Origin: a virus
Virus record (IMG/VR): IMGVR_UViG_3300042691_044733
Coordinates: 32,001-96,000 of that record
Length of the DNA: 64,000 bases
Direction: 5' to 3' (one strand)
Part shown: piece by piece, positions 40,001 through 47,300 of the stretch
Layout: the number at the start of each line of letters is the position of its first letter
How positions within the stretch are numbered: position 1 is the first letter of the stretch
Translations under genes and position numbers: made by a program
The notes under the pieces: model-generated
What the model saw: the letters and a program-made list of their open reading frames with translations, nothing else
The model's database searches: none
What the model was told of the DNA's origin: nothing

Positions 40001-43000
40001 CCATTATTGAGTCTATGAATTCTTTCAATCTCTGATGCAAGATACTTAACATATTGATTTACAACTGTATATGATAAGTATGAAGGTTTAACAAATTCCT
40101 CAATTGGAAAATTATGATTTGAACCTTCTGTTACTATTCTATAGAGATACGTAGTTGCTTTATCAGAGTGACGTGTACCTTCAGACACACCATAGATAAC
40201 CATAGTGTATAAATTCTGTAAAGTGTAACTGATCTCATCTGCTTCAGATGATGCAATACCTAAACCTGAGAACTCATCATTTATAGTCAAGGAAATACCA
40301 GATGAATTTTTTAATTCAATTCTACTTTTAGGTACCCTCTTTCCATACCCTTTACCGAATAATCTTTCAACACTTCGAAGATTTTTAATAAAAGGATTTC
40401 TTTCAGGATTAAATAAAACCATAGGATCTAATCCATCAGGTCTTTTTTCTGAGATACTATTAAAATCTTGAGCTTTATTCACAGAATCAATCATTGTAGA
40501 GATTGTACTTCTAAGTGAATATTCATACTGAGGATCTCCTTTAGCATTACTAACCATAGCTCCACCATACTCATCTGAGTATCTATAAACAAGATCTAAC
40601 AATTGTTTAAATGATGTGGCAAGGGTATTTCCTTTATAAGCATCATTAATAAGTTTGGAGATAGAAGTTACCTTAATTCCATTCTTTTCATAATGTTTTA
40701 TTTTCTCCATTAATGCTGAAAGGAATCCTCCAAAGTTATTTCTTAAACCACTATTTATTGTAGGAACAAATGGTATGTCCATTCCTAATGCTCTAAGGAA
40801 ATGTATTGGATCATATAAATAGGTTTCCTCAAAAGACATAATTATCTTATTAAGCATCAAGTAATTAGCATCTGTTCTTTTTGCTTTTTTACCAAGTTCC
40901 TTATGATCATCTTTTGCTTTCCTGATATATGGATTCATATTATCAGGTTGTTGAAAATTAGTTTCCCATATTTTTAAAATACCAGATGATTCAAGTTTTG
41001 CATTACCAGGTTTGATTTCTAAACCTGAATATTTTCCTTTCTCATCCTGAAGTATATTCACTGTCAACTGAACCAGTGGAATTTTTTTGGATGCAATAAC
41101 GTTAGCAAAGTTTGTCCATAAAGATAACTGACCTAGGTTTGTACCTGTAGAAAAATCTAAAAATACGGGACCAAGTTTCGAAAGCAATTGCATTAAAGAA
41201 TTATCTTTAGTCTGTCTTGATAATGCAGTGATTGCTTCAACCTGATCTATAGGATTATAAATACCTTCTAAGTTTCTTTGAAGTTTATTCCACACTGTAT
41301 CAAAGTCTACTAATTCAGGAAATCCTAATTCATTATAAACAAGTGACCCATCAGGTTTGTACTTAAACAATGTGCGTATAGTGTAAAGAACTTCAGCACT
41401 TGCAAGTTCTTTCATTGCAATTTCATTACCTGATTTTTGAGCATATGAATCCTTATTTGTATTTTTCATTTGCTCTTCAGCGTCATCAATAGAGAAATTA
41501 TCATCAAAGTTTACATACTTTGATCTCTGCATATGATATGCAATAGTTCCCTTACCCGATCTTAATGCTTCAAGTATATCTTCTTTAGTTACTGTATTGT
41601 CTTCTCTAGCATGATTACCTGAGAAATTTATAATTGCAGTTTCTAAAATATGTTTTCTTTTTAAAAGTTTGTTCCTGTCAATTCTTTTTGGTGAGTCATC
41701 ATCTAGCGCAGAATAAATATTTGCTAAAGCTTCTGTAAGTTTTAAATAAACAGCATCATATAATTGAGCTTTATATTCTATATCACCAAGCAATAATGTA
41801 GTATATCTTTCAGTACTGTTTTCTAAGTTTTTCTCATCAATAATCTGAGATATAATAGCATCAATACTATCAATAACTAATTTAGCTTCTGCATAATCTA
41901 AGCTTACTTCCTCCTCTTCACTTAATGGACGTATTTTATTAAGAACACCAAAATCTGATTTATTTACATCAAAATTTCTATTTCCTAAATTTCCAATTGA
42001 GAGTTGTTCAAATAAAGTTTTTACTGTAGAGCTAACATAACTATTAGACATAACATCTTCTATAGATGCACTACTAAATAAAATCTGAAGTATCTCAAAT
42101 ATTTTTTGAAATATTGTTTTTCTTTTTGGGGCTTCACCCTTAAACTTCTGACCATTGAGCATAAAAGTTCTAAACTCTTCTGCTAAGAATTCTTCAACTT
42201 CAAGATCAGTAGCATCTTTAAATGTAATAATTTTACCTAAGTGAGTTGTAAATGTTCCTTTAGTGTTACGTACTTCATTGTACAAATCTGCTTTCTCTTT
42301 CTTAGATAAGAAATAACCTGTAAATACGTGCCACGCTTCATGGTATAAATCCGAATAATCAGAACCATTAAATAAAGTAATACCTGCAAAACTTGCAGTT
42401 GCCGCAGCATTAGGGTTCTCACTATTAACAAGATCAAAGAACTCCTCAAATCCAACATATTTACTTAATGGATGATTAAGATACCATGCTTTTGCTTTAG
42501 CAATCTGCTCTTCTGTTGCTTTTACATCAGACTCTTTTTGATACTTGAGTTTGTTTTTAGGTTTACCAATATTCTTAATATCTACTTTTCTACCTACATT
42601 AACATTTACTCTTTTATCTTCAGTAGTTCTTGAACCTGGAGTTTTAGGTTTTGGTACAACAACTGGTTCATTCTCATCAACTTGCTTAAACTTGATAGAC
42701 TGAACATATTGTTTTTGCTCTTCAGGAATTTCTTTAAAAATCAAGTACCCATTAACTTCTTTAAAAGTACCATCCTCTAAAGGAATCATACTGGTCCAAG
42801 TATGATTTTGTAAGAATTTTCTATACTGCTGTGCAGATAGCATTCTAGGTTTTACTATAAGTTTGTCATTAACTCTTTCAAAATAAGGTACACCATTAGC
42901 GTGTTCTGATGCTTTCAGAATATTATAAGCGTGTTTCTTGATAATACCTTTATCAGTATATGTAGTTAATGCTTGTTTTACTATTTGTTTGGCTTGTTCT

Positions 43001-44313
43001 TTTTCCTCATCTGTCATTTTATCATAAGATGAGAACGTATATGAATTTTTTTCAGTAGTAATAATTAAAGTACGTACCCCATTAAGTAATTCATATTCAA
43101 CGAATTTATTATTCCTAAAGAACGTGTCAATAAATTGTTCAATTAAAGAACGGGATTCTGGTGTATCTCTGTCTCCATTTTCTAATTCAAAATTACCCAA
43201 TAAAATATTTACAGCAGCATCTAGGAATTCTTGATCAGATTCTACTGGATTTGCAGCAAAACTTATTGACGCTCTATTAGCACCTCTAATAAAATTATTA
43301 GAAATAGTATTTATTTCTTGACCGCTTGCAGTTACAATTTTAATTCTTTTTACTTCTATGGGCAACTCTGATAAATCCTCAATTTGAGGATCACCAAGAT
43401 TTCTTCTTATTGAGTTATTAGAAGGAATATATCCAGTACTTAAACCAATTATTTCTTGAGTAATTTGATTTTTAGGACTTGATAATATAAATTCTTTTTT
43501 CTTTTCAACTTCTTTTAATTCTTCTGCAAGAACTTCTTCTGCTTCTTCAATAGAGATATTTCTTGTTTTTGCAATTTCAGGAAGTGTTTGAATAGTTGCA
43601 GGATCAGATCTAAAAAAGAAATAAACATATTTACCAGAATCTGATTCTTTATAATCATTATCTAATAATACAGGTTCCCCCAGGTTATTAGTAACAACCT
43701 GAATTAATGCCTTATTATCAACTCCAGAAATTAATCCATTATTTTGACGAAGTGTTACATAAAAACCACTAAGGTCAGAAGTAGTTTTTTCATTATCAGC
43801 AAGATAATTTAAAAAATTATAACTATGTTCTCTACCAGGTTCTTCTGAATTTCCTGTAGTAGAAGCAAGTGTGTTAGGTCTTGCACTGAATACTTCAGGT
43901 AAAATCTTAGTTTTTGGTTCTGGTTTAGGTTCTACTTTAGGGACCTCTTTAATTGCTGATTCTTGTTTCTTGTTTAAATCTAAAATTGTCTCAAGATTCT
44001 TGATATCATCATTAATACTTTTCTTTAACTGATATGCAGCAGGTAATGATTCAATAATCTTACCAGTTATTGTGTCATCTACACCAACAATATATTCTAG
44101 ATATTGAGGGATTAATCCTGCATAAGTTAATGCAAGATCATATGCGTCAGGATTTTTCTTTTTATCAAAGTTATTCTTAACGTCAGAATACATTTTTTTC
44201 ATGTAACCAATCAAATTAAATGGTTGATTAGTATCATGAAGAACTCTTATATCACTTATAATTTTTTTAAGTAATCTATATTTTTGTTGGTCATCTAGTG
44301 CACAAAAAGCCAT
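34093..44313 (-). CDS. virion-associated single-chain RNA polymerase (crAss-like phi14:2 gp66 type) with accessory domains
   Basis: 3406 aa. RIPVQGLNSM followed by catalytic GSDFDIDK (~37765-37790), DAQGW, and N-terminal YHEAWH...EEFLAEEF zincin. Confidence 0.9.
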   Translation of the reverse strand: MAFCALDDQQKYRLLKKIISDIRVLHDTNQPFNLIGYMKKMYSDVKNNFDKKKNPDAYDLALTYAGLIPQYLEYIVGVDDTITGKIIESLPAAYQLKKSINDDIKNLETILDLNKKQESAIKEVPKVEPKPEPKTKILPEVFSARPNTLASTTGNSEEPGREHSYNFLNYLADNEKTTSDLSGFYVTLRQNNGLISGVDNKALIQVVTNNLGEPVLLDNDYKESDSGKYVYFFFRSDPATIQTLPEIAKTRNISIEEAEEVLAEELKEVEKKKEFILSSPKNQITQEIIGLSTGYIPSNNSIRRNLGDPQIEDLSELPIEVKRIKIVTASGQEINTISNNFIRGANRASISFAANPVESDQEFLDAAVNILLGNFELENGDRDTPESRSLIEQFIDTFFRNNKFVEYELLNGVRTLIITTEKNSYTFSSYDKMTDEEKEQAKQIVKQALTTYTDKGIIKKHAYNILKASEHANGVPYFERVNDKLIVKPRMLSAQQYRKFLQNHTWTSMIPLEDGTFKEVNGYLIFKEIPEEQKQYVQSIKFKQVDENEPVVVPKPKTPGSRTTEDKRVNVNVGRKVDIKNIGKPKNKLKYQKESDVKATEEQIAKAKAWYLNHPLSKYVGFEEFFDLVNSENPNAAATASFAGITLFNGSDYSDLYHEAWHVFTGYFLSKKEKADLYNEVRNTKGTFTTHLGKIITFKDATDLEVEEFLAEEFRTFMLNGQKFKGEAPKRKTIFQKIFEILQILFSSASIEDVMSNSYVSSTVKTLFEQLSIGNLGNRNFDVNKSDFGVLNKIRPLSEEEEVSLDYAEAKLVIDSIDAIISQIIDEKNLENSTERYTTLLLGDIEYKAQLYDAVYLKLTEALANIYSALDDDSPKRIDRNKLLKRKHILETAIINFSGNHAREDNTVTKEDILEALRSGKGTIAYHMQRSKYVNFDDNFSIDDAEEQMKNTNKDSYAQKSGNEIAMKELASAEVLYTIRTLFKYKPDGSLVYNELGFPELVDFDTVWNKLQRNLEGIYNPIDQVEAITALSRQTKDNSLMQLLSKLGPVFLDFSTGTNLGQLSLWTNFANVIASKKIPLVQLTVNILQDEKGKYSGLEIKPGNAKLESSGILKIWETNFQQPDNMNPYIRKAKDDHKELGKKAKRTDANYLMLNKIIMSFEETYLYDPIHFLRALGMDIPFVPTINSGLRNNFGGFLSALMEKIKHYEKNGIKVTSISKLINDAYKGNTLATSFKQLLDLVYRYSDEYGGAMVSNAKGDPQYEYSLRSTISTMIDSVNKAQDFNSISEKRPDGLDPMVLFNPERNPFIKNLRSVERLFGKGYGKRVPKSRIELKNSSGISLTINDEFSGLGIASSEADEISYTLQNLYTMVIYGVSEGTRHSDKATTYLYRIVTEGSNHNFPIEEFVKPSYLSYTVVNQYVKYLASEIERIHRLNNGDPTGDVTVGDNLYKNVGNDFIIFQDILTPETKQKLLDKYISENFLREIEKEENTSLRETIQKEIEEYLNDQINKYKEDLVKMGFYQNEALMNSLVHSIRKKMNYSYLEELKASGEIDDINSFIVNSIISGYVVNDWVHKYESTAMFYGDPALYNMLKEEFHKRNSSIAATGTIPRTDDAMIHALNTPGFKGTYAQSKWYTGNPTSKKDFSDVFDSVVFSDSKRNSIYRSIYEEAFVENQKKLFKERTGKEPNAKEVEEIKKDTASIFGEYSNMKEGDAQGWITFDAYRDLLISLGKWSPYQDELYHKIINGENIDHIDIKKFFPVKKMQYAGPLATSVGLPAIGFHKFSLFPLVPNVIKGTTLEKLHNKLVENKVDYALFQTGSKVSTITNNGKLEKFYNPDGSIAFEKSEPFIKNSIFLRYFKDQLETHDSYKGKIIFSTQLRKLIEEGLMENGVPVDYKPHITDNDERYAEWSKEENKSTPFYDLALKYENQIRILTDFKKRELEKEAGLTYDKEGNAKITKDFIDFVKKELTRQELADHEIDFIDYNPVTGGLKNDLSIHPNAENIERLLTAMVFKRLVRQKTRGEALIQVSGAGFEKGNMRKATEEEQMLYNGTNELPFYHPGKDGKTKAMKVKIAMQGNFKKLLYHPAVKDLIKIKTLTEDGKYRSMTRLEALNSLLRNPEWVEENRDLITIGGVRIPVQGLNSMEFAEVYEFLPENAGNIVVLPSEIVAKAGSDFDIDKMYFIFPSLTKTITGVRKTKYVKENENLNKEELRSQLNNLYQELENVRNRYEDDIRTMINEDFDFYKLDASELKREIKILKNQILDSVNDSNVEVTDDLYESLYHLENQLFELTENVISETNWRKLDYAKEHMAIVREIDDIQSKMDSGSAAGLENNLLDTIVEILSLPTNFLELITPNGTFLLQDSVAKYGKYNREYNQHKNFRNKEAYKQGSKKVIAGTRIFEIGYNRYKQSSNNVGKATLGQGAVDNTYNVIFNRVGAYMSPTVTLGTEKSGYYTLQQTMLLPHNTINGNISLSHFYDTNKKNKISTLIGQLINGWVDVAKDAWIFDIQGNKELTSSMLFMLQAGVPIEHAVALLSQPMVRDYLKKQQLTKSTFAPALGLGVIPRTEFRTRARAMVLKSHPIVQKQLGKGLEKLDSNYTQSRTIFNTLLSNNLNKELDKEVFTLENLNKRLDEFDGNLTEEDLKVFLHFLEIEEMSKAVTQIKMNTNFDTSRSTNMYEAKQKLDKKIDLVNNRRFPYEIVRGIDLNSPIGSFEVQGFAINFLSNFFKLRNHPRLVEFVEETVESLDPLKTFGAFFGTDEKTKEKFAEALRNDFLSYAFQEYIDNIEFDPKKPYKSLRITNKEYSPVEKEVISETVLQNGAFVKDGNLYVDLIRLERDFKNQIYSKPTYRAKGLSPIEINLDPFRGNFNEYVKFIYEREFLRSEISFTKFKETREYQKKVKMLDSMYEKNKGETDSEFKKRTERYLYEDFLRDFALLSKFNIVAMMYSPTGFANQVVDVISHYPELTDEYSLLKTLLPSRSGAITNLKFTENKLTPDKANIYHEQLIKLADPNVKKVENEIDNDKISMLFNMFPMFAFYQSGQDRMGAFAINRIVNTDLMNMLMEPIKRRAERILSSNESKKYLDQYKAFFVKLYKEPVASNNENVDADQPIVNKARKRIKKYFAEDKTKGFFYGSVYSPKVFFYTPKTDNVKAQPKQRFAPAIKTLIDNVNITLASQPNALFIYDDFIPGSKNKLAYMGANYSNTVLRNAAETIDVTVVKINNKDKEVKKPMINPENIFGIPTKKGALVSSIEDIMTDETYSDNIKLIEDAIMKLKEQSVGKIIVFDERGVGNSLLGYTGSESLLNQPKIPDAPGYKTYMYLSKRLYEEFQFINPYFYNSGEFGKLVKKEDTPTNREVNNTIFDDVNNLKVRSGKTLKEIGYTQEIWDSFPQEKKDNILNC

Positions 44314-44323
44314 AATATATTTT

Positions 44324-47300
44324 TTAGCAATTAGGGTCTATTCCTTTAAAGAACTCATCATCCACATCGAGAGAGTCTGTACTTGTTACATCTGTAAATG
44401 CTTGCTTAGCAGCATCTTTCATTGCTTGATCAGAACTCATATCAATTACAGTATTAACATTGCCAGTTGGTCCATCTGGAGTTGGTGGTTTTGGATTAAT
44501 CATATCATCTATTAAAGTTTCTAAAGCATTAAACTGAGGATGATTTTTAACATCTTCATTTTGTTTAACTAACTCATCAAGTTTATTTTTTGCAATCTTA
44601 GCAATTTCTGCAATACTCATTGGTACTTTTTTATTTTCTTCTAATGTATAAAAATCAGATACATAAATTGGAGATATACTTATTGGCATTAAAGCAAGCA
44701 TTATCTCCATAATTTTATCTGCATTTTTTAAAGTATCAACTTTAGGAGATACCTTAGAATCTTCCGTTAATATATTATACAAAGGTTCTTGCAAATATAA
44801 TACATTATCTACTTCCTTGTTAGCATTTTTTTCTACTTTATCATAAACGTTTTTAATGTATTTTTTGTTTAATAGGTTTTGAATCTGAGTAGTATTTGAT
44901 TCTTCGTCAGTGTAATCCAATATAATAGTGGATTTATCGGGTGCTACAACCACATCCGCGCTATCATGATAGAACCAGTTTGTTGTGATTATAGTCTGAC
45001 CTATTTCTTTTAAATAGTTAACCTCATCTTTTATTTGCTCAAGTATTTCTTTATATTCTGCATTAGTATCCTGTGATTGAGATAAAGAATAAAAATAAGA
45101 ACCAACTTGACTTGAGTCCATGTCTTCTATAGAAGAATGCCCGTAGGATAAAAGTACATTTCTTAAAATATCATCTACATTTACAACATCGTAATCTTGA
45201 TAAATTAAATCAGGAATTGTTCCAGGTACTACATAAATAAGTTTACCTTTAAGTTTTGCGGGTACTTGTTTTTTAGGTGTCGGTCTTTCTGACTGTTCAC
45301 TCTCATCTTCCTCAGTATCCGATTCAATTGGACTTAATTGACTCATCTCAGTTGCAGTAAGTTTTGCAACAGGTAAGAATTTAAGTGCTCCTTTTTCTGT
45401 TTTTGCAGGTTTAATTGAAAGTAATGATCCTGAAATTATACCTTCTTTCTTATTTTGTTTGTTTACTTTTTCAGTAATCTGAAGAGGGAATATCTTGATT
45501 TCATCAATTTCAAATCCTGTTAAGTCTTTAAACAACTTAGCATAGATATTCAATTGAATAGCATCTTCTTCTTTTAATGAAGAATTGCCAGTCATATACT
45601 CAACCTCTCTATTTTTTACTGAAGTTTTAATATCTATGATTGAGAATTTACCTTCTTTCTCAACCAAGATGTCCATAGTACCAGCAGTATTGAATCCGTT
45701 AATTTCACCCCATAAAGTTGTAATATCACCATACACGTTATAATCTTTCAGTGCAACAGCAAGATCATAGATTATATCTGACAACTGATCAGAGAAACTA
45801 TCTGTAATTTTTTCAAATACATTAACACCATTTATTTTATAAGATGGTGATAATGAGGCATTTGTAATATAAGTTGCTTTTATTATTGGTGCAAGAATAC
45901 TTTGTACAAATGTTCTTTTATCAAATTGATCAAAACTTCCTTGAATTTGTTTTAAAATTGAAACTCCTTCAGCATCTTGATATAATACCTGTCTAAAGAT
46001 TTCATCAATAAAGTTACCTCTAATAGTTTGAAAACTATCTTCCGAAACCTGATTTTTAGAGTTAGGTTTAAATCTTGTTACTCTATGGTATTTAAGACTA
46101 CTTATTTTTGCTTTACCTGAATTTTCAATTTCAACATAATACTTTCCATTTTCAGTTTCTGGAATAGCTGCTGAAGAAGAAAGAAGTTTTTCTCTAAGTT
46201 TTTTTCTAACTTCTTCAATCATTTCTTGTGATTGCTCACTTACAGATTTTACAGGTACCTGATTTAGTTTATCAAGTGGATCTGAAATTTCTGTATCTTG
46301 TGTTGGTTGAGTATTTGCAGTAGCTGGTTTAGGTTCTGGTTTTTCCTGTACAGGATTTTCCATATTATACTTATCAATAATTGATTGTGCAATAGGGTTA
46401 TCCTTCATCCACTCTTCTATAGATGGGTCGCCACCTTGTTCCATAGCTTTTCTATGTTCTTGAATCAGAAGTGTTTGTAAGCCAACAGGATATGTTTTTA
46501 ACAAAGGAGTTGTTTCAGTGCCTTGAGGTTTAACTTCTTGGGTTTCTTCTGTTGTTGTTTCTTGTTTTGCTGTAAAGGTTGGTTTATTTTTTAATTTCTC
46601 TCCAATCAATTCTTCATAAGCATCAAATAACTCAAGTATTTTTTTGAATGTTTCTGAATCTTTTGCTACCTCGTTACCATCTTTATCAATAAACTTATTT
46701 GGGAACATTCTGAAATTTTTTAATCTATAAAGATTAGCATCATCAAAATAAACATCCAACTTAGCAATATCTTGAATTAACTGATTTGTTTTATTGTTTA
46801 CTTTAAATCTTTCTAATGCATTACGGCTAATTTGTACTTTATTTTTTTCATACTTTAAAGTAATGTCACTAATTCTCTTAGCCATTTTTAACAATGAACC
46901 TGGGTCAGCAAGTATATTTATATTTTGAGCCTGAAACTTTGCACCTACATCAAGTTTTAAAAAGTCAATGTAATCATTAATACTTTCATCAACAAGATCT
47001 GTAATAGGAAATACATTTTTTAAATTTGCAATTGATTTTAAGTATTGCATGTAGTTATCACGTACAACTTCATGAAGGTGTGCTTCAACAACTGCATTAA
47101 GATCAACTGAATCATCTACGTCTTCACCCTCTGCATCAAACATTGAGAGTTGACTATTCTCATCCATAATTTGAACATTCATCAAATTATTTTTTCTAGC
47201 ATACTCTTTTACTGCTTGTTTATATTTTGGGTTATTATGTGATCTTGTTAATGCATCCATAACACCAGAAAACTCTAAAGCAGCTTCTTTCAAACCTTCT

